A stretch of 64,000 nt of DNA from Macrostomum lignano (lineage: Eukaryota): the NCBI GenBank assembly GCA_002269645.1, contig NIVC01000640.1:372001-436000 (forward strand). The letters are read 5' to 3'. This document shows positions 13,886 to 24,317 of this stretch, one piece after another (within the stretch, counting starts at the first letter, position 1; every line of letters starts with the position of its first letter). Both the position numbers and the translations under genes were made by a program. A model generated the notes under the pieces. The model was not told the origin of the DNA. It saw nothing but the letters and a program-made list of their open reading frames with translations, and did not search any database.

Positions 13886-16800
13886 ATGGCTTTTAACCTA
13901 GGTTGGGTTTTGCATTCATATCAGTATCAGGTCACATGCGCGGCCCTTTTATGTATTACTTACCACTACTTTTAACTTTACATAAGCCCTAAAGGATATT
14001 GCGGCAATCCTACACTTCCATTCGGTAAATTATTATAACATTTGAATTCGTATCACCGAGTCAAATAATGTCGATTGGCAATGTGTCTATGGCCAAAAGT
14101 TTGAGCAAATAGAGTTTAAGGGGGTGTCAGTTTAAGGGAGCTGTTGCTTGTGAGCTGCTTGTTTTTGAGCTGCCATCGGCTACACTTCGTAGATCCAGCG
14201 GACCCAACAGTCCACACCAACACCGTGGAGGGCACATGGGCCCACGCGAAGCGCAAGATCCGCAACATGCATGGCACGAGCGACGCACAAATTGAGGAAT
14301 TCCTCTGCTCTGGCGTCGTCTGTATCCCCAATGTCCATTTGGGGCTATCTTGTACTGGATTGGACATTACTATCCATTGTAGACACCTTAATGACCTGCA
14401 GACATACTCTAAGTGACTATGCGCTCTAACAGACTGCTACCATGTTCCACTGTTTCAGTTTTGTTTGTTTACATTGTTATTTAATACACCTGTTCAAAAT
14501 TCAGTGTCAAAATAATTTACCGAATGGAAGTGTAGGATTGCCAATATTGCCAGTTGGCTTTTTTGTGCATAGAGTGTGTGTATGCACCTTAAATTTAAAA
14601 TTGCACCCTGAAATTGAAAAGTGGATGACATTTAGTGTGGTCTCATAACCTATATTTCTTTTTAAGGTTAAGGTTAAGGTTTAAGATAAATTACACTTTA
14701 GGTCTTAAAATTACATTTTGAAATTAGGCATAAAGTGCAATTTTGTACCTTATCTTGGGCAAAAAATATAGAAATTTGCCAGGTTTAAAAAATGTGTTAG
14801 GTCTGATATCCAATGGCATAGATGGGGCAAAGGTGTTTTTCAGGGTAGAACCAGTTGAAATTAAAATAAAATATATGTATAATATATAAAACAAACAAAA
14901 GCAATCTTTTGGAAGACAATCATTTCTTAAGTTATTAGTTTTTATAGATGATCACCATTTGTCTTTGTCTATCTCTGTTCAAACTAAAGAAACCCCAATG
15001 TTTATATAACTTAGAAATAAGTCGTTTTAAACAAATAACCTGTATATATTCAGTTTCAGAAAGCAATCATTTAAATAAAACTTTTATATATAAATGATTG
15101 TGTTCCAAAACAAAAATTGAAATTTTCTATATGATTAAGTGCCTTTTTATAGTACTTAAATAGTCATCCTTTATATATTCAATTTTGGAAAGCAATCATT
15201 TAAATTATACATTTACATACAAGTGATTATGTTCCAAAACTATAATTTTGCGGAATACTAATTGTTTGCTTGAAGAATAGAAAAAATTCCCTGCTCACCT
15301 CTCCCTACACACTTCTCCCTAATTATTTTTTCTATTCTTCAAGCAAACAATTAGTATTCCGCAAAATAGTAAGCATTGCAATACTTAAAGATCATTCATT
15401 GCAATAGTTAAAGATCATTTGTATATAATAATAGCATTTTAAAATGATCATCTTCTAAAATTGAAAGGGATGCTGCAGCATACATTTCACTTTGTAACCC
15501 CTCAATTCTCTTTTATATGGTTTTCTTTGTTTTATGTATAGAGTAGAAGTGAAGTAAAAAGGTAAAAGTGAGTGAGATGCTAGAGACCCCTATTGCAGCC
15601 AATGGCCATTTTTGTGGACGGCGTCCGGCGCGGATTTTGGCCTGGCGGCAGCGCGGCGCGCGGCGGCGGCGCGGCGCGTGGCGGTGGCGCGCGGTGGCGT
15701 GGCGTGTGGCGGCGGCGCGCGGCGGCGTGGCGCGGGGGCATGGGAGAGGGGTGCGGGGGCACACGTGAGGAGGGGCACAGAGGGTTATATTGAAGCAAAT
15801 CACTGATCCTGGGGACTGGCCCTGGCGCGGTACGAGTAGATGTCTGGCGCGGGAAAGGGGGGCGTCCGGCGCGGTTCAGACCTTGGCTGCAATAGGGCTA
15901 GAGACAAGAAAAGAAGTACTTATAATTTCAAAACACAATCATTTTAATACAATTTTCGTATTTAATTGATCATTATCTAAAATAGATATAATGCACAAGG
16001 TGTTAAAATATAAATGCTATTAGGATCATTTGTTCCATAAAGTCAAAACTTTTTATCTCTGGGAAGAGTTTGTTATATTGCTTTAAAAACTTCCAAGCTT
16101 ATTTATTTTATTCAAAACTTATTCAAATTTTCCAAGGTGATCATCACTTAACTTGTGATCATTATCCAAAAGATTGCTAAAACAAATAATAATTTTTATT
16201 TTAGTCTATTATATTAGGATATATTAATATTATCTTAGAAATATTTTCTCTTATAGTTTCATTTCATTCAGTAGTGCAACCAAAAACTATTGAGGAGCAA
16301 TTTTTAGGGTAGACTTAAAAGGGTAGAAAGGGTGGCTTTGTGCCTTAGCAATAATTCACTTGGTCCCCCTTTTATTTTTTATAGTTTCTGCCTAAAGGGA
16401 GAGGCAACCACCTTGTGCCCTCACCTTGGTTTGATTACTTTTGGTTACTTTTTATATAAAATTAGTAGGCCTATTTTAAAAAAATAGGCATTAGCACAAC
16501 CAAGCAGAAGGGCAGGGGGCAGTTGCCCTTCCCCTTAGGCAAAGACTAGAAAAAAATCAAAGCCAATAGGGAAACCAAGTAAGTTTTTGCCAAAAACAGA
16601 GCCACCTTGCTTTGTTTCCCCTTGGGTCTTTATCCTCCAAAATTTGCCCCTCTTAACAAATTTCTAGTTGTGCTACTGCAAACAAGCAATATATTTGCTT
16701 TGTTTCTTTCTTTGTTGTATTGCTAAAAGGTTCTAAAAACTTTTGTTAAAAACAATTAACAGATAATATTTTGCTACTTTTATCAAAAAGTTTATATTTG

Positions 16801-19800
16801 AAATGATTATTATCAAATGAATTATGGGTATAGTTAGTGAGTTAGTGAATTATTAATTAAATAATTATGCTTCTCTATAATTCTACTTTGCTATTACTGA
16901 CATGAGCACAAAGCACAAAGGTTAAACTTAAAGGCATAAATTTAAATGGCCAGCTATATATATTATTAGAAATATATAAAGTTTAAAAATGGTGCCTTTC
17001 TTTCTTACCTTTTTAGTGAACTGTGTTACAAGGAGATGCTTTCAAACATCGCATCCAGTTGCCACATACAGTGAGTTCTTGATTTGATTTTTAGTCTTTC
17101 TCTATATTAAGCATGGTAATTGAGTTGATTTATATTCTTAATTCAAAGTCTCTCATAGCTACCTAAACCTACCTAACAAAAACTTTCTAAACCTAAGCCT
17201 GACTCAAAAGTAATACCTTAATGATTCTCATTTATTTCTTAGCATGTTTAACACACTTCCTTGAATTGTTAATAAATGAAGAGTTCAGAACTGTCTTCAT
17301 TAAATTGTATTCAATTATTTTCCATTTGCCTGTCTAAAATCTTTTTCTTGCATAACTTCAACCAACGAATTGCATTTAACAAGATTATCATAATTGCTAG
17401 CTTTTTGCAGGCCTCCCACAACTGACTAACAACCTGAGCCCCAATCAGTACCTGATTCCTAATGAATGCCCAGCCCAACAGCCCAATCCCAGCCCAGCCC
17501 AACAGTCACACCTGTCCAATCCCAATACAAAGCTTGTCACACATGTTCAATCCCAATACAATGCCTGTCACACCTCAATTTCAATCAAAAGCCTGTCACA
17601 TCTGCCCAATTCCAATCCAAAGCCTGTCACACCTGTCCAATTCCAATCCAATGCCCGTCACACCTGCCCGATACCAATCCTGTCTGCCTGTCTGCCTAAT
17701 TTCAATCCAAAGCCTGTCACACCTGCCCAATTCCAATCCAAAGCCTGTCACACCTGCCCAATACCAATCCAAAGCCTGTCACACCTGTCCAATTCCAATC
17801 CAATGCCTGTCACACCTGCCTAATTCCAATCCAAAGCCTGTCAAACCTGCCTAATTCCAATTCAAAGCCTGTCACACCTGCCCGATACCAATCCAAAGCC
17901 TGTCACACCTGTCCAATTCCAATCCAATGCCTGTCACACCTGCCTAATTCCAATCCAATGCCTGTCACACCGGGTCATATCAACCCAGAGCCTGTCACAC
18001 CTGTCTATACAGACACGCCTTATCATAAGGCAAGTATTCCACAATCCTGAGCAGTTCTGTCTAACCCATTACCCATTCTCAGAGCTGGTCAGCCGGCCCG
18101 ATCCATCTGATGACTGGCGCACCATTGGTGACGAGAGCGCTCGCCACCTATTCCTAATCGAACTGCTGAAAGGTATGGGCATCACCATGGCTAAAGTGTT
18201 CCAGGAGCCGGCTACTATCAATTACCCATTTGAAAAGGGTCCACTGAGTCCGCGCTTCCGCGGCGAGCACGCCCTGCGCCGTTATCCCAGCGGCGAGGAG
18301 CGCTGCATCGCTTGCAAACTGTGCGAAGCCATCTGCCCTGCCCAGGCCATCACCATTGAGGCTGAGGAGCGCGAGGACGGCTCCAGGCGGACCACTCGCT
18401 ACGATATTGACATGACCAAGTGCATCTATTGCGGCTTCTGTCAGGAGGCCTGTCCAGTTGATGCCATCGTTGAAGTGAGTGTCCTTTCACTCCTAGCTGC
18501 TAAGTTAGGTCTAAATAGAAATAAGATCTCTTATGTAACATTTCTCTATTCGTCCAACCTTTAAGATACACTCAGCAACATTTAAAACGCAACACTCTAA
18601 CTAGAAGAAAAATCAACTCACTCAGAAGAGTCAAAGCGCATAGTCTATGGTTCAAATCGAGCTTCAGAAACGCGTGTAGCTTCCTCTCGCAAGTAACAGG
18701 GCGTTGACTCGACGTGGCATTCCCAGAACAAGGCGTCGAAAAAAGTCCTGGGGAATTTCCTGCCACGCGTTAGCAACAGCGTTTCGCAGTTCAGCGACTG
18801 TCTGCTATTCTCAGCAGGCGTCGATCTGCCCTCGCTGTTGTACTGCGAAGTTGGTGAAGCACCGTACCTTTTCTCGCGTGAGCCACGCTTCCAGTGGCTC
18901 TGCTCTTCTGTAGCAGACGTAAAACTGTTGAAGGCGACCTCCCGAAGTGGTTCGCAACTGTTCGAAGAGTACAACCTGCTTCCAACATTCCGACTGCTCG
19001 CCATCTTTCCGCGTCTGTCATCTGTTGAACCATTCTCTCAGCTGGATCACTCTATCTGAAAACAGTCCATAGTCATCGCCCTGTTACTTGCGAGAGGAAG
19101 CTACACGCGTTTCTGAAGCTCGATTTGAACCATAGACTATGCGCTTTGACCTCTTCTGAGTGAGTTGATTTTTCTTCTAGTTAGAGTGTTGCGTTTTAAA
19201 TGTTGCTGAGTGTATACACTTTAAAATGCTTATAAGCTTCTCTGTTACAATATTTAGGCTCGGTCAACCCGTTCTATGCTTGGGGTGTGTAGTATTGCTT
19301 TTATCAGCTGAGTTGATTGTTACGCCAACCAAGTTGAGAATTCCAATTTAGCAGCAGTAGATTTGGTCTTGCCCATAGACATGTATAGAAAAAAGACAAG
19401 CAAGTTGATAATTCTCATCTTTACTGCGTGGAAGTCGATGTTTAAGCATGGTTTCAGTGCTGGAATCCTTTTCATTGCTGATGTCTATGGCCTAGCGGAA
19501 TGGGCGACGCTCGCCTCCCCGCTGCGTCTTCGGACTGCCCTGCAGCTAAAGATGTCTATGACCGAAATATCAACTTGATTTGCCTTTTTCCGTCTATGTC
19601 TATGGGCAAGATCAACTCTACCGCTGCGTAATAGGAATTCTCTGTTCGATTTTTGGCCATAGACAACTGAATAGTCCTATGAATGCTTGTTGGTTTTAAA
19701 TCCAGCATCGATCTGTCTGTAGTTCTGTGCTCTATCTATTCGAATATGTTAATAATTTTTTCAGGGCCCGAACTTTGAGTACTCCACAGAGACGCACGAG

Positions 19801-19896
19801 GAGCTGCTCTACAACAAGGAGAAATTATTGGCTAATGGCGACCGCTGGGAGGCTGAAATAGCTGCTAATCTCAAAGCTGAGCACTATTACCGCTGA
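13886..19896 (+). CDS. NDUFS8: NADH:ubiquinone oxidoreductase TYKY 2x[4Fe-4S] subunit, 197 aa
   Basis: Exons 13886-13901 (tentative), 17017-17070, 18083-18474, 19765-19896 total 594 nt with all phases consistent. Motifs [12 protein letters not shown] and [12 protein letters not shown]; C-terminus [43 protein letters not shown]. Presequence ...[14 protein letters not shown]. Confidence 0.95.
14174..14440 (+). mobile_element. Merlin/ISXO2 (IS1016-like) transposase C-terminal fragment
   Basis: [32 protein letters not shown] matches the ISXO2-type FVDP..HTNTIEG.W...KR...G motif. A possible right terminus ...ACTGCTACC lies at 14440. Confidence 0.7.
15245..15367. repeat. Perfect 43-bp inverted repeat with a 37-nt spacer (mini-MITE or hairpin) in NDUFS8 intron 1
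   Basis: 15245-15287 is the exact reverse complement of 15325-15367. Confidence 0.85.
15588..15897. mobile_element. GC-rich 310-bp MITE with 15-bp TIR and 8-bp TSD
   Basis: TIR CCCTATTGCAGCCAA / TTGGCTGCAATAGGG. Direct repeat CTAGAGAC at 15580-15587 and 15898-15905. Confidence 0.85.
17465..18000. repeat. ~30-bp minisatellite in NDUFS8 intron 2
   Basis: Tandem CCTGTCACACCTG(C/T)CCAATTCCAATCCAA(A/T)G units. Confidence 0.9.
18569..19212 (-). mobile_element. Tc1/mariner internal-deletion derivative (644 bp) in NDUFS8 intron 3
   Basis: ~130-bp TIRs beginning CACTCAGCAACATTTAAAACG, flanked by TA on both sides. Retains N-terminal HTH ([20 protein letters not shown]...[19 protein letters not shown]) and the C-terminal tail. 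Confidence 0.9.
19351..19627. mobile_element. MITE with ~60-bp imperfect TIRs containing CCATAGAC/GTCTATGG
   Basis: GCAGCAGTAGATTTGGTCTTGCCCATAGAC... versus the reverse complement of the right end GCAGCGGTAGAGTTGATCTTGCCCATAGAC. Confidence 0.65.
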
Positions 19897-20564
19897 CAGA
19901 GCTGTCTCCGCAATCATTTAAGGCTATTAACTGTTTTCTGTCGCCATCAATTCTCCCTAGAAATCCCTCCCAGATCCCACAGACCGACCAGCATGGCTAG
20001 AATAGTTTCAAAATGTTTTCCATCGCCTTAAGATACCTGTCATGAATGTCTGTCTACATGCGTGTAAACTAATGCCCAGATTATATATGATATACTACTT
20101 ACTGTACTACTGGTGTTACTCGTGCACTCGTCTATCTGATTGCCCTGAACCATTTGTAGTGTGGATAGTAGGCTATCAGTGTAGAAATTATATCGAACTA
20201 AGAGAGTGAAATAGATGGTCGTTTTGCACACCTCTTCTCAGTTTCTGTCTCGCATTGTTTAAAGCTTAAATTATTTTTTAAGTGTTAAAATGTCTAATTA
20301 TTTTCGGCTGCTAAATAATTTTAATGAGAATTGTCTGCCTTCTTAATTCTTGGAGGTGCAACCGAGTGAAATTTGATGTTCGAGTGTGAAATTACTTTTA
20401 AAATGTTGCCATAAATCAGGGCATTTCTTTTGGCCTCGGCCAAGAAATGAATAAATGACCTAGAGTCGAATTCGGTAGTCTATAGTAGAGAACAGAGAAG
20501 AAAGACGAGAAGAGAGTAAGGCGAGGATTAGATCGAAGAAAGAAAGAATTTGGAGAGACGACAA

Positions 20565-20710
20565 ATTTCATATACGATATACCAGTGCTTGCAAAAGACG
20601 TGCGCGACCCGTCTGCATGAGGCGGAGGTGGAGAGCGCTGACATTTGTCAAGTTACTGGCCACAGCTGCTCAGCCGTTGAGCGTTACATCGGAGTTTCTG
20701 TGGAACAAGG
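20565..20710 (+). mobile_element. Crypton-like tyrosine recombinase C-terminal remnant
   Basis: YTIYQCLQKTCATRLHEAEVESADICQVTGHSCSAVERYIGVSVEQ aligns by eye to the Crypton/DUF3504 motif (N)HSLRxTxATRL...TGHxS...V..Y...S.EQ. TGH and catalytic Y are kept; HxxR is decayed. Confidence 0.65.
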
Positions 20711-21108
20711 TTTACTACAGACTTCATCAGTTCGGCCAGACCAGCTGTGCCCGCCAAGTCTGTCCCCATGCACACAGCTGACACTCCGTGTGTTGAGCAG
20801 CCATCTGGCAAAAAATGCGCATCGAAATTTGCGGTGAGATCCAGAAACAAGATTTGACTGACATTTTTCGATTACACTAAACTAACTTAATCGATGCTGA
20901 CGGACGTGCATCCTGCTATTGGTTGGACTTTTACCGTACACAGTACAGTACGTGGGCAAGATAAACTCTGCAACGTTTTTAATTGGTCGAGCCATTTATT
21001 TGGCAGGCACGGCCAGATAAATTAACCATAGACTGCAAATTGCCTGGTTATTTTTATTTTCTCGTCTATGGTGAATAAGAATTTTGCTGGACTCTTTGCA
21101 ACGAATCA

Positions 21109-22032
21109 ACTATACCTTTTGAACTTCGGATTCGTCAAAAGTGAGTTCAAATTTGTCAGCGTATGCAAAACTATATAGCGCTCAAGGGGAAGAGAGTGAG
21201 TGTCTATGGTAAATTTTTAGAGAAAGTGACTTCGAATTTGTCTAAGTAAGTGAAATTCGCCAGTGCAAATACAGCCTGACCATAAAAAGTGTCTGCTTTG
21301 TCCATGGTAAGAAAAGAAGTTGTCTATGGTAAATTTAGGTAAGAAAGTGAGTGCAAAGTTCGTCTGTGGATCGCTCTAGACTCGTGCGATGTTTTCAACA
21401 AGGACGAGACTGGAGACAACTCGCAATTGAACTGGATATGAAGAGGACAACTGCCAGTGACATCATCAGGAGATATGTTGATGAGGGTAGGATTGATCTT
21501 AACGTGCGTGGCGGTGCAGTGAGACCAAAGTTTTCTGAGGAGATGCTCGGGGCGTTGACGAGGTATGTGGAAGAGAAGCCGACTGTGACCCCTCAAAGAA
21601 ATGCAGCAAAAGCTTGTTGCAGATTTTCCTGCTGCTCCTGCTGTGACAACGCAGGCAATCAGTCGTCGGCTTGACGGGACTTTGTGTGTTACATTGGCTG
21701 TTTGTTGCCATGTAGGGCATCTCTGACAAATCAAAGCATGAAATGAAGATTTTAGGAAATTGGGCTACTTTTCCACAGACGAAATTCACTCACTTTCTTA
21801 CTTAAATTTACCATAGACAACTTCTTTTCTTACCATGGACAAAGCAGACACTTTTTATGGTCAGGCTGTATTTGCACTGACGAATTTCACTTACTTAGAC
21901 GAATACGAAGTCACTTTCTCTAAAAATTTACCATTGAACACTCATTCTCTTCCCCTTGAGCGCTAGATAGTTTTGCATACGCTGACGAATTTGAACTCAC
22001 TTTTGACGAATCCGAAGTTGAAAAGGTATAGT
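21109..22032 (+). mobile_element. Long-TIR (~240 bp) IS630/Tc1-like non-autonomous element with transposase N-terminal HTH
   Basis: 21109-~21350 is an inverted copy of ~21788-22032. The internal ORF 21351-21674 (DRSRLVRCFQQGRDWRQLAIELDMKRTTASDIIRRYVDEGR...RGG.VRPKF) is a typical Tc1-family paired-like HTH. Confidence 0.8.
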
Positions 22033-22281
22033 AGGAAGCAAAAGGATATACCATGTATTAAAAAACAAAGCCAACCTACTATAAGGTTCGAGAAGTTCCA
22101 TCAGATTCTTCGGGTTCCCCAAATTACTGCTTAAATTGTCTATGGTACTCGGGCACTTGATATAAAGTACCCAATTCTTGAGCGACAAAAATCCCTCCTT
22201 ACATTCGGGCTCTGTTGATCCGAAGTTGAATTTAGAACAAGTTAAATTAGCATCAGGTCTACTAAAAGCAGAACCGAGCAC

Positions 22282-24317
22282 ATGGCCTGGATATCTTACG
22301 GTGGCCGCAGTGGCGCGACCATTCTCGATAAACGTCGCAGCCGCTACGCCGACAACGCTTCCAACAGCGACGACGGAGGCGCCGTTGGATCTGACGATCC
22401 GCCGCGTTACAAAGGCGTCCCATTGTGCGGCGCCGGCCTCTGCTCGGGCCCCGGCCTGCCGCCGAAGCGTCTGCCCCGGCCGGGCATCGACTGCGTCAAC
22501 GGTGACCGGCCCTGTCTGCCCTGCGACATCGTCAACGTGCGCCTACGTGTGGCCGTCGCCGGCTCCAAGGTGAAGCGGGCGGTGGCCGAGTGTCAAAGGC
22601 GCTACTTCTGCCGAGTGTGGAACCTGCTGTTCGCCTACCTGTTCCCTGGCGAGCACCGCGATGGCCCGTGCAATCCTCGAGTCGTGAGGCCCAACGATCC
22701 CATGCCTGTTTGCCGTGGCCAGCCGCAAAATAGTCAATGGCGGCAGAGACAAAAGTGAGCGTTTCTTACATTTCTGGGGCCGAAAAATCGCTGTTGGAAA
22801 GTTGATTTCCTGCCTTTCTACTGTCAAAGTTTCAATCTCGTTCGCTTCGACATCAAATCTTGGCAGTTCAGTTGCGAATGTTGATTATACTTGCTCGTCT
22901 AATACTCGTCAAAACTCGATTACAAACGAGCAACGAGCACTTGCTCAGCCCTGGTGCCCACTAGTAGCAGCTCGGCTCTGCTTTGAATTTTCCCGTATTG
23001 CACTAGGGAAATTCCTTAAACTTCTGGTTAGTAACAAAGTGGCAGTTTTCCCAGTTTCCAGGAATCAATAAATAGGGTGAGAGGGAAACTTGCATTCATA
23101 ATTGTCAGACAGGACGAGTTAAATGCTATTGAATAGCTTTGAATACCTGCCGGTGTTGTGAGAGGCTTCGCATGGCTTTTGTAGAAATATTTGCTAAATT
23201 GGACTTACATATTCTTGAATAAGTCTTAATGTCTCTATCGGAGATGAGATTAGTAAATTTATTTAACCCTTAAGGCACGGGTCGGAAAACTCAGCTCTCT
23301 TCTCTATTTTCTCTCCCCTCCCCTCTCATCTCATCTATCATCTCCTTGTTCCTCTTCTCTTTCCTCCTTTATCTGATCAAAAACAATTTGCAGACTTCTG
23401 GCTCGGGTTCTGTTCCCGAGGTTGCTTTAATGCGGCATGCACAAGCGGAATTCGATCGGGTTTCGGCTAAATTTAAAGGGTCGCCATCATAAACCCGAAA
23501 AATCACAACTCCGAAAGCACTTCCAATCATAAACCCAAAATATCATAACTCCGAAAACCTAAATAGTGTTGGACATTGCTAGAACTTTCGGAGTTATGAT
23601 ATTTCGGGTTTGTGATATTTCGGGTTTGTGATATTTCGGGTTTGTGATATTTCGGGCTTGTGATATTTCGGGTTTGTGATATTTTGGGTTTGTGATATTT
23701 CGGGTTTATGATATTTCGGGTTTAAGATGGAAAGCGCTTTTCGGAGTTGTAATTTTTCGGGTTTGTGATGCCCCCCATTGTTGGCCTAGCTGAAACTACA
23801 GCTGATTATCATTATCATCGGTCATCATATAAAAGTGTTTTACCTTTGGTCGATCGAAACTTCCGAAAGATACTAAATTAGGTCCATAGGCCACCCAACA
23901 GTCTCAACACTGTACAAGTGTATTCCAATCATTTCTCAGTGTCAAATTGAATCCCGCCTTGCTATGTTTATTTGCAGGCAGAGCCAGCCCAGGCCTGGCT
24001 GGGAGCGAGCGCTCAGCCCAGTTGAGGACATGAAGATGACGGACCATCGGGTGCGCAGACGCCTGCCAGACGAGCAGAAGCAACCGCCTGCCAGCACATC
24101 ACCGCCGCCGCCTCCGCCGCCGACAGCTAAGAAGCGACCAGCAGTTCAGACACGCCGACAGGCCGGCAACCTGCGGTATAACCTGGTTGACAGGCCCTAC
24201 CTGACTGGTGACAGCCTCAAGAGTCACCAGATTCGCGGCGCCACGCCAGCGCGGAATGGACAGTTGCGAGGCAATTTCTACGACCTGCCGGCAATGGATT
24301 CTGAGAAGAGAGCCTGA
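22282..24317 (+). CDS. Uncharacterised protein, unassigned 'CLPC-QRRYF-VW' family member X1 (~270 aa, 2 exons)
   Basis: Exon 1 22282-22754 (ATG start, donor AA/GTGAGC, phase 2). Exon 2 23978-24317 (acceptor TTTGCAG, phase 2, in frame). Conserved block shared with X2 and X3; exon 2 has a poly-Pro stretch and KKRP. Confidence 0.7.
23478..23776. mobile_element. MITE with subterminal 16-bp repeats, in the X1 intron
   Basis: Inverted ends (CATCA(T/C)AAACCCGAAAAAT(C/T)ACAACTCCGAAA) and tandem GATATTTCGGGTTTGT units. Confidence 0.7.

Noticed and set aside
15513-15806. Several overlapping Arg/Ala-rich ORFs
   Set aside because: Stop-poor GC-rich interior of the 310-bp MITE.
17462-17854. Pro/Cys/His repeat proteins
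   Set aside because: Translations of the 30-bp minisatellite inside an NDUFS8 intron.
18013-18029. Possible NDUFS8 micro-exon (TPYHK) with a GC donor
   Set aside because: It needs non-canonical sites or creates a stop; the 17017-17070 exon fits with canonical sites and gives TYK.
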